Assembly: GCA_965287045.1 (NCBI GenBank)
Contig: OZ336883.1
Coordinates: 62,372,001-62,436,000 of the forward strand
From: Carcharhinus amblyrhynchos
Taxonomy: Eukaryota
Length of the DNA: 64,000 nucleotides
Reading direction: 5' to 3'
Part shown: positions 13,501 through 26,227 of the stretch, in pieces
How positions within the stretch are numbered: the first letter of the stretch is position 1
Layout of the letters: each line of letters begins with the position of its first letter
Translations under genes and position numbers: made by a program
Notes under the pieces: model-generated
Told to the model about the DNA's origin: nothing
The model's input: only the letters and a program-made list of their open reading frames with translations
The model's database searches: none

Positions 13501-14149
13501 CATCGCCCACCGCTAAATCCCCCCCCCCCTCATCCTCCAAGGGTCCAACATTCACTCTAGCCATTCTCCTCTTTATATATTTGTAAAAACTTTTACTGTC
13601 ATTTTTTATAATTAGAGCTAGTTTAGCTTCATACTCTATCTTTCCTTTCTTTATCACCTTCTTGGTCATTTTTTGTTGATTTTTAAATCTTTCCCAATCT
13701 TCTAATTGCCCACTATTTTTAGCCGCTCTGAACGCATCAGCTTTTAATTTAATACTCTCCTTATTCCTGTCCTCTTATGTAGTGAACTAGCATTCATGAT
13801 CACAGCCACTGCCTCCCTTGCAGATTTCATAACGTTTCTGGTAGATTGCCATTTGAGGTCATAAGATGCTACGTCTCTGTACCATCCCATCCAGCATCTT
13901 GGCTAGGACACTCTGACAATTGTGGGACTGTCTCCCAGGCTGTCATCTCTCTATTGGACTTTGAAAAAATGCTGGAGAGGCGATTGGAAGGTACCCCAAT
14001 CCTCTCCCTGATCGCTGAGCTCGTGTGATATTGGGGTGAGTGAGTCAAAGGTAGACTGCCACCAAGCTGAGCGTGAAATTTAGGAATTTTTAAAAAGTGG
14101 TTAAAGGAAGTGATTTTTCTCACTGTTGATGCTGGCAGGATTCTCACCC
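10524..14149 (-). mobile_element. PIF/Harbinger transposon remnant with Myb/SANT-like gene, split by a CR1
   Basis: With the CR1 removed the minus strand reads LAKMLDGMVQRRSIL...EAVAVIMNASSLHKRTGI*CRMKMNYLLHAVR, then after a likely intron DKLKHNQ...ILIPF*ERALELA; GGG-starting terminus near 14149. Confidence 0.7.
11749..13762 (-). mobile_element. Young CR1 LINE, 5' truncated (about 2 kb)
   Basis: Successive ORFs 13385-13669, 12939-13412 (KSPGPDGLHPRVLKE, NYRPVSL), 12369-12719 (KFADDTK) and 12103-12348; CATAAGAA tail; flanking ATTC duplication. Confidence 0.97.
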
Positions 14150-14328
14150 ATTTCTTTGCTGAAACTGACACTTTGAAGAAAACATCTGAAGATTCCGTCC
14201 TTGATGTATGAAGTAAGCATATAGTTTGAAGAATGGAGTGAGATTGCACCTTATAAATATTCTGTCAGATTCTACCCACTGCCCATAGTTTTGTATAACA
14301 GTTGTTACACAATACTTGGTAATAATAT

Positions 14329-14633
14329 TATAGAAGCCCTACAGTGCAGAAAGAGTCCATTCGGCCCATCAAGTCTACACTGACCACAAACCCACCCAAG
14401 CCCTATTCCCATAACCGCTCTCATTTACCCTACTAACCCCCCGACACAACATTAATTTAATATGGCCAAACAACCTAACTCGCACATCTTTAGAGTGTGG
14501 GAGGAAACCAGAGCACCCAGAGAAAATCCACACAGGAAGAATGTGCAATCTCCACACAGGCAGTGACCCATGGCCAGAATTGAACCTAGGTCCCAGAGCT
14601 ATGAAGTGCTAACCACTGTGCTACGGTGTCACC
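14329..14633 (-). mobile_element. HE1-like V-SINE
   Basis: tRNA-like head, V-domain and CR1-type tail GATGGGCCGAATGGACTCTTTCTGCACTGTAGGG. Confidence 0.88.
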
Positions 14634-14868
14634 AGTGTATTTGCAACCTGTTAAAACCAAAATTATATTGACGTACAGAGTAGTCTAATAAGGTGGACAT
14701 GGCATTATGGGAAAGAAAATAGTTACCAGCCTGCCTCTGACTTTCCAGCCTATGTGAACTTACACTAAGCCATGACTCTGTTATCTGTGTATAGCTTTGC
14801 ATTGGTCTTATTTATCTATCAGCCCTGGGGTGTGGTATATTAAATTCCTTTTGTCCAATTCCACAGCT

Positions 14869-14900
14869 CCCCCCACCCCACCCCACCCCACCCCACCCCA
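14869..14900 (+). repeat. (CCCCA)n microsatellite
   Basis: About six CCCCA units; G4-capable on the minus strand. Confidence 0.9.
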
Positions 14901-14929
14901 ATAGTACAAATCTCTGCTGATTCTCTTTG

Positions 14930-15056
14930 CTCTCAGCTCTGACAAAGGGTCTCCTAGACTCAAAACGTTGGCTCTATTCTCACTTCACAGATGCTGAGAT
15001 TTTCCAGCATTTTTTGTTTCAGATTCCAGCATCCACAGTATTTTGCTTTTATCTTT
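14930..15056 (+). mobile_element. Penelope-derived short repeat with degenerate hammerhead
   Basis: CTGACAA-AGGGTC-TCCTA-GACTC-AAAA-CGTT-GGCTC then GAGATTTTCCAGCATTTT...CAGATTCCAGCATCCACAGTATTTTGCTTTTAT. Confidence 0.7.
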
Positions 15057-15593
15057 GATAAGCTACTGTTGCGTTCCTTCGACACAGACTGATACTCAGC
15101 ACTAAATATTTAAAAACTTTATCCTTATTGCTATTTATTTTTAAAATTGATCTTTTTCTACTGAACAAAGAAAACTAAGATGGCTATTAGTCACCTGATC
15201 ACAGAATTGGCTCTCTGTCTAGTACTACCCAGGAGTTTCAAGGACAAAATATTTTTCAATTTCTGGAATGTCACTTGTCATTACACCTAGACAGCTACTA
15301 ACAGGCTCTCAAAGGAAACTGTGGGGATGTAATTAGCAAGGTTGGGTTATCAAATGCTAGTGGAGTCTTTGGGTCTGCTGAGACAATGACTTCCAACATG
15401 TCCTCAACATAAGTAGCCCCCCGCCACCAGTTCAACAACCAATGACTGAGAAATTATCAATCCCAGATACTGGATAGATATCCCTTTTGAAATCATTGTG
15501 GAGAAAGAAGGGCAATTGATCCAAGCCTCCAGCCTTTTGGACAGTTTATTATCACACCTCAGGCCTTCTCAGCCAGATTGCAGTTTAACATCA

Positions 15594-15731
15594 TAGATAA
15601 AAGCAAAATACTACGGATGTTGGAATCGGAAATAAAAACAGAAAATGCTGGAAAATCTCAGCAGGTCTGACAGCATCTGTGAGGAGAGAATAGAGCTAAC
15701 ATTTCAAGTCTCAATGACCCTTCATCAGAAC
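15594..15731 (-). mobile_element. Penelope-derived short repeat with hammerhead core
   Basis: Inverted copy of the 14930 repeat; minus strand CTGATGA-AGGGTC-ATTGA-GACTT-GAAA-TGTT. Confidence 0.75.
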
Positions 15732-17472
15732 AAGCATTAACTAACTAGATAGAAGCCAACCACCAGGCTGGTAAGCAACCTCAACTCCAGAAAACCGGTT
15801 TGATTCTAAAAGTCTCTGATCAAAGCCTACCAAATGTTCTTAACACAGAAAAACTTATTGTGCTACAGCATCATTTATTTTAAGGATTTTTGTATAGTTT
15901 AATCAGCGAGAGGCACACCAAAGGAAACCTCACGATGAAGAAAAAATCCTTAGGCTCTGACTTTGAATGCTGGAATTCACTGAACTAATATTCATTTTTC
16001 TGTGATCCTTAGACTGTGAAACTTTTTTCTATCTCTCTTTACTGTGTGAATGTTCAGAGTGGAAAGTGATGAACACACCTTCTTTTGGGCTTTGAATGTG
16101 TAAAGTAAACTACCTGAGTTAATCCTAACTTGAGTTTGCTATGGATTATTAGTACAGTTTGATCACAAAAAACCAAGCGATTGGGAACATGCTTATTCTT
16201 GGCTCAAAATGCCTCCTGTTTGTGAACATACAATATGAAGAAATCAGTGCAGTTTGAACCTATTTGCAACCTTTGTATCACTCTCCTGTGCAAGCTTTAT
16301 GTTTAGTAGACTCATGATTAAGATTGGATCTTGTAGCATTGGAGATAAATAAAGATTGATAGCAAACATGCTGAATAAAGAAAATCATTAAGAGTTGATG
16401 GTAGTTGCTCTGATTCATGGAAGGTGGGAAACGTTCCGCAGAGCTCAATGTTGGGACCACATTATATAAATTATTTTGACTTGTAAATCAGAGATACAAT
16501 ATTAAAATTGTGGATAGGAATATAAGTAGGCCATTCAGCTCCTCAAGCCTGTTTCACTATTTCATATGATCTTCTGTGAGCTGTCTACAAATCAACCTTA
16601 CTCAACCTTAACACCCATGGCTAGCAAAATCTATTCATCTCGGATGTAAAATTATTAATAGAGGTAGCATCTCTTGCTTTTTCAGTGCATGAGATCCACA
16701 CTTTTACTGTGTTTATGTGAAGAGATATTCCCTAGCGATTCAACATCACATTCAGGGGATTTAACTCCCTGCACTGGGATCCTCCCCCTTTGCCTGGAAC
16801 AGACCTATGTCAGAATAGGCATGTCTTCAGTTTTTATAGTTTTCTGTCAGGTAAATACACAGTGGTGTAACCTCCATCAAATTTTCTAATAATCATGAAT
16901 CGTAACAATGACTGGGAGAGCTCTGGACATCAAAATCATGAAAAATGTAGGACTCAGAAGGAGTCTATTTGTTCCATCATGTTCATGCTCATATATTTTT
17001 ATCTAAATGTATGTTTCGGAGTTTGACAGTCTCAATAAGCAGTGATTCCAACTCTCAATTTAAAAAAAAGAGTAGAACTGATTTTGGTCAATTTAGATTT
17101 GAGGAGCACCACTAGATAGCGGTGTTTTTACCAGGAAGAATTTTTAATAATTAAAACTATATATTTTTTAAGCAACATAGATGTCAGCCAATACTAAGTT
17201 GCTTTGAAGCTCAATGTAAGCTTCATTTTTACTGTACCATTTTGCTCAATTTTATTTCTTCAGTAATTTAACAGCAGTGAGTTTGGAAACAAAGGGAGTC
17301 TTTATTAATGAAGCATGAAAGGTTTGTTCTTTTTGTCAGATGATCAGTACGTGTATAATCCACTATTGGAGGCTGCCATAATCTGGGATTAAATGAGTTT
17401 GGGAATGATGAGTTGGCTGGTATGTTGTTACACTTCTAATAAATGTCTGCTGTCTTGTTTTTTTTCTCTCAG

Positions 17473-17533
17473 GAAAACAGGAGGCGGAAACTGGCCTTCA
17501 GCAAGATAATTCAAATGCCGAGTGCCACAAGTG
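17473..17533 (+). CDS. Candidate internal coding exon (61 nt) of an unidentified host gene, ENRRRKLAFSKIIQMPSATS
   Basis: Strong acceptor TGTCTTGTTTTTTTTCTCTCAG and donor GTG|GTATGT in unique sequence; a second frame (KQEAETGLQQDNSNAECHK) is also open. Confidence 0.6.
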
Positions 17534-20500
17534 GTATGTACTAATCTCTCAGCACTGGGGAAATATGACATTTAATGGCATGTTCAAAACTCATGAATCA
17601 ATCTCCAGGAAGTGGTTCTGTGTCAGTTCAGGGGTTAGCTGCATAACTTGTAGTTTTCATAAACAACACAGCAATATCTATGGTTTGAATTCCATCTAGT
17701 ACCATAGTTTCACAAAGTGACCTCCTGATGAGAGTTTGCCAAATCCCAAATTCTGACACCTGGGTGTAGTGTATATATCTCATGGCTGTGAAATGGATGA
17801 AAACAATTGGTTTTTCCATTAATGGGATACAGTACATGATTAATTTATTGCAAAGATTTTGTTGAATACATTTACTAATCTTCTGAATAATTTAAATGGC
17901 TTTTTCATTAAGCATGAGTGTTGTACATTTTTGGAAAGTTGATTTACTGTAGAATGAGAAGACATTAGCTACAATTTCTTTTCACTTTCACTGCCCCATT
18001 CTCTCACCATTTATTTAAAATAGCCATAGTTATAAGTTGAATATAAGGAGGAATACACCTTTGAATTGCTTTGCCACAGCTTTTAGGAAAGCTGACATTT
18101 AGGACAAACAGCTGGAAAGAGGTGTTCAGCTGAAACTAGTTACAAATCAATCCATGGCTTCTCTGTAGAGTCACTATCCTTTTCATCCCTTAGAAGCCAA
18201 TATTGAATTGTCTGCATGTTTTACAAAGAAACAGTGCTGAGAATACTCTCAGAAGCGTGTTGTATATTGTGACTGTTCATTTGCAACAATACCAATTATC
18301 ATTATCCAGAACTGAGGTCAGCCAGCTCTAAATAGCTATAATTACATTTTATGTGTATCCTATTAATCCAGCCTTCTCTTATGTAAGTGTATGTACATCA
18401 ATAAAATAGTGCTAATGTCAACTACTCAGCCTTACACATTTGATTTTGAATGTAGCTGAATATTGTTTCTGAAGTTTGGTTCCAGTTATTCTTGTACTTT
18501 ACTGTATATAATTGATCTATGGCCATTTCTTTAATGGTTACCAGATCAAACGTTGTATTTTATCGCACTTACCATTGATTCGAATCTATATATTTCATGA
18601 TGTGTTTGCATCATATTTTTTTGTGGTGCTTTTCCTAATTTTGGAATTTAGTTAATTTTAAATCAAAATTGTGTGAATTCAAATACAGAAAAAGGGTTGT
18701 GACAGGGAACATCTGACTTCACACATGCCAATTTGGGTTGATTTCTGTTTATTCATGTTCTATTTTAAAGTAAAAAGGATATGATCTTATCAAAATCCAA
18801 GTTTATTTAAAAATTAAAAATTATTTGGCAGAGTTACCGCACGCTCTATTTCTTATTCATTTCCCATCAATCCCCCAGTCTGTTGTTTGCTATTCCTGAC
18901 CGTTTTTATTGGCAAGCTCAGTGACTCTTGTGACTCTGACTCTGTGTGGTTATTTCTAGAATTAAGATTCAGATCTATAGTGTGTGGCCAAATTTTGTTC
19001 TGAGCAAAAAGGGTCAGTTCTCGAACAAAAAGAAGCAGCAACATATGCTGAGCCTCATGCAGTTTACAGAAAACACACCTAGTACTTCTTGTTGGACCAG
19101 TCCCTCTGATGCTGGGTATCATACAATAATAATTTCTTTTTGCCAATCTAATAAGGCTTTTTTTCAGCTAAAGAGATCACTTCTTACTAGTTTTCATCAT
19201 TCTCTGGCTTTTCATGAAGCCCCTTTAATGATTACATACATCATACAAAATAAATCAATTTTCATGGTGTTACAGCTAGTTGAAGCTGGATAAACAAGTT
19301 GCATGACCAAAAAGGACTAAATTTACATTAATGGTTTGCCTTTTTATTGCCCTGTTATGGAAGTCGGTTTTATCTATTGAACTTCATATCCCCTCACTTG
19401 ACCAGCCCTATTATCACTTATCACTTTTAGTCATTTTTTTATTCACTCATTGGATTTGAGTATCATTGGCAAGGCTGGCAGGTATTTCCCACTTCTAATT
19501 GCCCTTGACAAGATGCTGGTGAGTCACTTGCTTGAAAGGTTGCAGTCTGTGTGGTCCTTTTGGGAGGGGGGCGGGTGGGGGGGTGCAGTGGAGGAGGGTG
19601 GTGGTGAGGGGGTTGGTTTCCAAGACTTTGGTCCAGTGATAAGGGAGGGATGTTAATGTTGTCCCAAGTCAGGATGGTGCGTGGTTTGGAGATGGTTGTA
19701 ATCTCCTTGTCATGCTAGGTTATAACAGCTCTAGGCTTAGGTGGATGCTGTTGAAGAAGCCTTGGCTAGCTTATTCAGAAAAGCTATAGATATTACATAC
19801 TGATGCCATGGTGCACTAGTGGTGAGAAAGCAGATGGATAGGTGCTTATCAAGCCAATTGTATTATCCTAGATTGTGTTGTGCTTCTTGAGTGTTGTTGG
19901 AGACAAACTTATCCAGCCAAGTGGAGGATATTCCAATTCACTCCTAATTTGTACATTGTAGATGATGGAAAGTCTTTTAGTTGTTGAATGAGCCATTTAT
20001 TACAGAATGCAGATTCTGGCTGGTTCAAACACCCACAGTATTTGTTTGGCTCGTCCAACTAAGTTCTCATTAGTGGGAACCCCCATATTGCTGATTATGG
20101 AGGGATTCAACAATGGTTGTGCCCATTGAATGTAAGCAAGGTGGTTAGACTCTCTTGTTAGAGATTTTCAATGCCTGACACTTGTATGACATGAAGGTTA
20201 CCACTTATCTGCCCAAACTTGGATGTTGTCCGTTTTGCTGCATGCAAGCATGAACCAGTTCATTATCTGAAAAATTGCAAATTGAGCTGAACACTGTACA
20301 ATCATTATAACTATCTCACTTTTAACCTTATGCTGAAGGGAAGACCATTGATGGAGCAGCTGACGATGATTGTGTCCTGAACAAAATCAACCACAACCAT
20401 CTTCCTTTGTGCTCAGTGTTACTCCAACTAGTAGAAAATATTCCTGTGTTTCCTGTTGACTTCAATTGATTAGGGCTCCTGGTGCCACATTCAGTCACTC

Positions 20501-21589
20501 ACCTCACCTCTTTCAGGATTTTGGTTATTTTGTCCATGTTTGGACCAGTTCTGTAAGGAGTCCTGCAACTAAGTGGGCCTGACAGAACCCAACTGAGAAT
20601 AGGTGAGCAGATCATCTCATCTAGAGTTTAATCCTTGCAGTGATGCCACAAGCAAAATACCTCAGGATGTATACAATGACTTAGTTGTGTTAGCTGCCAA
20701 AGATGGTGATTTTGATGGTTTTAAAAAATGTTACCATTGTGCTTCATACTATCCTCATGGAATTATTTCAATAAATAAAACCTGACATCCTAATTTAATT
20801 TGAACAGCCATTTTTTTGTCTTATTTCAAAATAGAGACCTCCTACTTGCAGTTCACTTTTTAGACTTGGCCTGTAAGTTGATTTTCATTTTTGGGAGGAG
20901 TTTTCAAAGCTTTAAAGATGGACTTTATTTAATTATTCACCATCATTCTTAATCAGATGTAACATGACTCCAGAGCTTTCATTTGACCTCTTGATGTGGA
21001 ATCACTGAGATGTGTTGTCGTATAGTCTGCTGCATCTTCTGCTCAGCATGCATGTGGACCCATGTTGTAGTTTCACTATGTTGGCATCTGACTGCAGATA
21101 AAACTGGTGTTTTAAGGGAAATGCTGGTCTATGTGATTACAAATTGCAGAGGAATACAACTCTGCTGCTGTCAATAGCCCATGGCATCTCATGGATGACC
21201 AGTTTTGAATTACCAATCCTGTTTGAATGTAACATGATGATAGCACCATGGAACACAGTGGAGGTGTCCTCAGTGAAGACGAGACAATTTCTACAAGAAC
21301 TATCAAGTCGTCATTTCTACCAGTACTATTATGAGTAGATGCATCTGCAATAGGTAAATTGATGCAGATGCCAGTAGATTTTTCCCTCAAGTTGGGGAGT
21401 TTTGTTACTTAATCCAGTAGCTATATCCTGTACGACACGACCAGCTGAGTCAATGGTGAGCTATCCTTGGTGATGGACATTGAAATCTCTTTCCCAAAGT
21501 ATGGTCTGTGTTCTTACTGCCCTTACTGCCTCCGCCAAATGGTGTTCAACATGGAAGAATCCTGATGTTTCAGTTGGTTGCCCTAGGAA

Positions 21590-22356
21590 GAGTGACTGAA
21601 TGAATTGGGTCTATATTCTCTGGAATTTAGAAGAATGAGAGGTGATCTCATTTAAAACGATAAGGTTCCAAATGGATGAAAAGAAAAATATTCAGCAGGT
21701 CTAGCAGGGTCTGTGGAGAGAGAAATAGAATTGACTTTTGGATTCAAATATTGCTGTGCTGCTTCAAAAGGAGCTTTTTTTTATTCATTCAATGGACATG
21801 GCTGTCACTGGCTGGCCAGCATTTATTGTCCATCCCTGGTGACCCGAAGACAGCTGAGAGTCAACCATATTGCTGTGGCTCTGGAATCACATGTAAGCTG
21901 GACCAGGTAAAGATGGCAGATTTCATTCCCTAAAGAATGTTAGTGAACCAGGTGGGTTTTTCTTACAATCAACAATGGTTTCATGGTCATCAGTAAATTC
22001 TTAATTCCAGATACTTTGATATGGTGGACGCTGACTCTTTTCCCCTAGATAGGGAATCTAGAACTGAGGGGCACATTCTGAGGATAAGAGGCAGGTCATT
22101 TAAGATTGAAATTAGGGAAATTTCTTAATTCAAAGAGTTGTGAAGTTGTGGAATCATTTACCCCAGAGGATTTTGGATGCTCCATCATTGAATATATTTG
22201 AGGCTTTGATTTTTGGTTTCTCAGGGAATCTCAGGATATGGGGAGCAGACAGGAAAGTGAAGTTGATGCAAAAGATCAACCATGATCATGTTGATCATGG
22301 CAAAGCAGACTTAATGGGCCTGGTGGTCTACTTCAGCTCCCATTTTTATGTTCTTG
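21590..22356 (+). mobile_element. CR1 3' end, interrupted
   Basis: GLYSLEFRRMRGDLI at about 21607-21650; resumes at about 22020 with KLWNHLPQR and 3'UTR. Confidence 0.8.
21775..22015 (-). mobile_element. Short non-autonomous retroposon related to the old CR1-clade LINE
   Basis: Tail matches 19434-19510; body matches 22860-22955. Confidence 0.6.
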
Positions 22357-23529
22357 CGTTCTTTCAAAAGAGGGTAGGAGGTAGTAATCAGGATATTTCT
22401 TCGCTCATATTTATGCCACGTGGCTTCATAAGATTTAGCGTCAGTTTTGAGAATTCCTAGAGCCATTCAACTGCAGTACTGTGCCGCTCTGTTGATCTGC
22501 ACTGCCAATGGGTTTGGACCTAACCAGGGATGATAAAGGAGAAGTCTGATTCATCAACTGAAAATGATGATTCTATGAGTATGATTGTCAAGTTGTTGCT
22601 GGACAGATGTGTGGGACAGCTCTCTCAATTTTGACACAAATGCCCAGGTCTGAGTATAGAGCCATTTGCAGGGTTGACTTGTGCCTTTGTTATACTTGAG
22701 TCCAATGCCTTGGTTGAACCTGAATAGATCCTCTTGCTTTACAATTATACTTCTCTCTAGTTGATTGATACAACTAAGTGGCTTGCTGGATCATTTTATA
22801 GATTGTGACATGATGCGCTGAATGACCACCTACTATTTCATAGATTTTCTGTTTCTTATCACATTGCAGTGGGTTTGAAATCACAAGTAGGTTAGCCCGG
22901 GTAATGACTGGAGGTTTCCTTTCCTGCGGGACTTTATTGAACCAGTTGAGTTCAAAACATTAATCTGTCTTAAGTCTATTCAAATACAAATTGACTGACT
23001 GTCTATCATTTCAATCATTTTGAATTTCTATTTCAGATTTCTAACGTTTGCAGCTTTTTATTTATACCAATTATTTTTAGTTGTACTTGATTTCTGCCAC
23101 TAGATGCCACCAGTGCACTATGTAAATATATTGGCATCACCTGGTGTCAGGAATTACTCACTACACCTGCTTCATGCAGTATCACTGCCAGTGAACTGAA
23201 ATCTTCCATTAAAGTGTGGCTTGGACTTCAGGACCAGTCGAATTTTCAACCCCTGTTCATTCCAGATTTGAGTGAAGAGATATTCATCATTTCATATCAT
23301 TACAAATGGCTATAATATTCCCTTCACTACAGAGTTTCATTGCAGCTTGAGCTTGCATCAATCGTGCCAGATTTGGGACCATAACTAATTGTTTAGTGAG
23401 CTTTCAGTTAGTTTCTTAAATTGTGAAACAAGTATTTTGAAGGAATTCAGTTGTCTTTGAGCATAGCTACTGTCTTAATGCATAATGCAAGGCCCACATG
23501 CCGTTAGTTTGAAGATGAGATTGAAAGGA

Positions 23530-23750
23530 AGAGAGAGCTCTCCTGCTCGTCTGTGAAATAACGCCAGGGGACCTTTAATGTCCACCTGAGAAGGCAAATG
23601 GAGACTCACTTTTAACATCCCAGCTGCACAGCACTCTCCCAGAATTTCACAGGAGTGTCTGTCTGGATTTGTGCTCAGGTCTTCCATGGGACATGAATCC
23701 ATAACCCTTTGACACTCTTGTATTGGCATAAATACTGATTTGCGTGCAGT
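23530..23750 (-). mobile_element. Deu-domain SINE (SacSINE1/AmnSINE-like), decayed
   Basis: GGGACCTTTAATGTCCACCTGAGAAGGCAAATGG...CAGCACTCTCCCAG...GGATTTGTGCTCAGGTC...GGGACATGAATCC resembles the reverse of a DeuSINE head and Deu domain. Confidence 0.6.
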
Positions 23751-25312
23751 TCTGGTTTTCAAGATGCCGTATGTGCAGCTTTCCTGTAATCTTCTGAAAA
23801 TTATTTCCTGTTAGTAACATTGAAATCACATTACTTGAAGACATTAAAACTCTCTTGTGACATACTTGAACATTCCAGATAACAGCAAACAAGAGAAGTT
23901 AAAAATATAAAATAAAAGGAGTGAGTGATTTTACAGCTGTGATTAAAACGTGTGGTTTGGACAGCCTGCCTAATTTCTAGTAGGTATAGGCACTAAATTA
24001 AGAAAATTCCTTGGAGAGGCTTAGAGACAGATGGAAGAAAAATCACATTAGATAGTTCTGTTCTGAAGGAGCTTTATTGTTCTATCTGGCCTGAAAGTGC
24101 CTGATGTTGGTATTCGATTCAGAAATTCCTCAGAGCTGGTCCACTATTGGAAAGCATTGAGAAGCAGACTCTATTAATGCAAATAAAGTGCAGGAAATTT
24201 AATAGGTACCTCATCACTTTTGACAAGCCAGACAAAGAAATATCTGTGAAGCCAACGTAGTTTCTCTTCATCAGTTTGACTGCACAATGAAGTGTTCCTG
24301 TTACAGCCTTGCTGAATAATTTGGTATTCTATATACAGAGCATATTGTGTGTCAATTATATGAGATCAAACTACATGCAATACCAATCTCATGTATGATA
24401 GCCTGCTACCTGAGGGAGTCTGCTGTTTATTTGAAATACTTTTAGTTTGGGGAATAATATGTTAAATGTACATCTTAATAAAGACATGAGTAGAAATAAT
24501 TAACTTTGCATTATTGCATTTTTGAGCATGAAAATTGAATTAAGGCATGTCCCCCGTACCTTTTTAATCAAAATTTATTTCAAGATCCCAGGTAGGTACA
24601 GATAGTCCTCTGTAACAGAAGAGCCTAGAATTAATGCCCAAGACAGTATTGAATTTATTGATCCCTTTTGCAGTGGGGGTCACATTGAAAATAATCAAAT
24701 AAAAAAAGGGAAACTGCCAGATAGGTCTTGATACTCATTGCCATCTCTCTGTTTGAGATGATTTGCATAGGTGAAAGATTCCCAAATGGGAGGGTGGATG
24801 GGGGAGAGTGACATATAGTAAAAGGGGTGGCATGGTTATTAGCAGCATAAGGACACATAGATTTTGCATCTCAAAGTTCAAAACTATCAGTGCACACTGC
24901 CAAACCATACACCATATCAGCATCTCCCAGCTCCCACACCTATCGAATTAGTGTGAGTGCAACACTTGGTGTTCAATAATTTTGAATAGAGTAATTTAAT
25001 GTGTAAAATTGTGGATGTTGACACTAGAGGAGGAACAAAAGAGCCAGGTGAAAGATAAATAAGAAACATGACCTTTTCTTCTTGGACTGAGGGTTCATCT
25101 TTGCTGGGTCTGGTGAAAATCATCACTGTGTCCCCTTTAAAGAAGAGAATTCACATTAGACATTAACCTCTAAAGGGAAGCTTTGCAAAAGGAGCCTGTG
25201 GCATAGACATTGGGTATGTAAAGGACAGAGCAGTGCCAGAATGGCTGCCAGGGTCAAATAACCCGTTAGCACCTAGAGTTCACAGTGAAGAAATGCTGTG
25301 TGAAAAAGGGCA

Positions 25313-25649
25313 CTAGAATCGTAGAATCAAAGAATCCTATAGTACAGAAGGAGGCCATTCAGCCCATCAAATCTGCACTGACCACAATCGCACCCAGGCC
25401 CTATCCCCATAATCCCATACGTTTACCCTAGGTAGTCCCACTGACACTAAGAGGCTATTTAACACAGCCAATCCACCTAACCTGCACATCTTTGGACTGT
25501 GGGAGGAAACTGGAGCACCCAGAGTAAACCCACGCAGACATGGGGAGAATGTGCTGCGTTTGCACAGACAGTGACCCACGCTGGGAATTGAGCCCAGGTC
25601 CCTGGTGCTGTGAGACAGCAGTATTAACCACTGTGCCACCGTGCCACCC
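25313..25649 (-). mobile_element. HE1-like V-SINE, full length
   Basis: GGGTGGCACGGTGGCACAGTGGTT head, V-domain and CR1-type tail. Confidence 0.92.
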
Positions 25650-26227
25650 ATTATTGAGCATGAAAACTGAATTGAGGCATGTCCCCCGCACTAGATGATT
25701 TCTAACTTGAAACTGTACTATACCCAAGGATGATGCATTATCATCAGAGCAAGAAGCTTAAAGGAAAACAACGGGAACCAAGGGGAAAGTTTTCAGGTTA
25801 GCTTTTGTCATGTCCTAGGAAGACTTTGATAAATAAGGGTGATCCAAAGTCACTGGAGTAATGTTAATAGAGCAAGTTATTGTCAGTTTAATTCTATTAT
25901 CTGACATATCTCTTTAAGGCCTGCTTTTCCCTTCAATTCGTTACTGTAAAAATGTTCTGCTTATGTTATTGAAATTTAGTAATGAAAGTTAATTACTGAC
26001 AAAAATGTGATAATCATTCTGTTTTTTATAAGGTAAGCAATCAAATCATGACATTCAAGTTGCACATACATGATGAAATTCTTTGAGTTTGGAAAATAAT
26101 ATGTTTTATTCATATCTGTGGAAGAAATATTACTGTGGAATGATGTTAATACTGGTTATGAAAACACAGTTAGTCTTCACTTTTAGTCACCCCACTTAAT
26201 GGTTTGTTTAAAAGTCATTGATTTGTG

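Larger units (their letters stand above)
19434..23040 (-). mobile_element. Old CR1-clade LINE, long and highly decayed, with nested inserts
   Basis: 3' tail at 19434-19510 matches the plus-strand copy ending near 50150; decayed RT-like sequence 19800-20600; continues in pieces to a 5' region near 22860-23040. Confidence 0.65.

Noticed and set aside
15060-16200. Possible old LTR around the second hammerhead repeat
   Set aside because: No definable TG...CA ends or TSD; impression only
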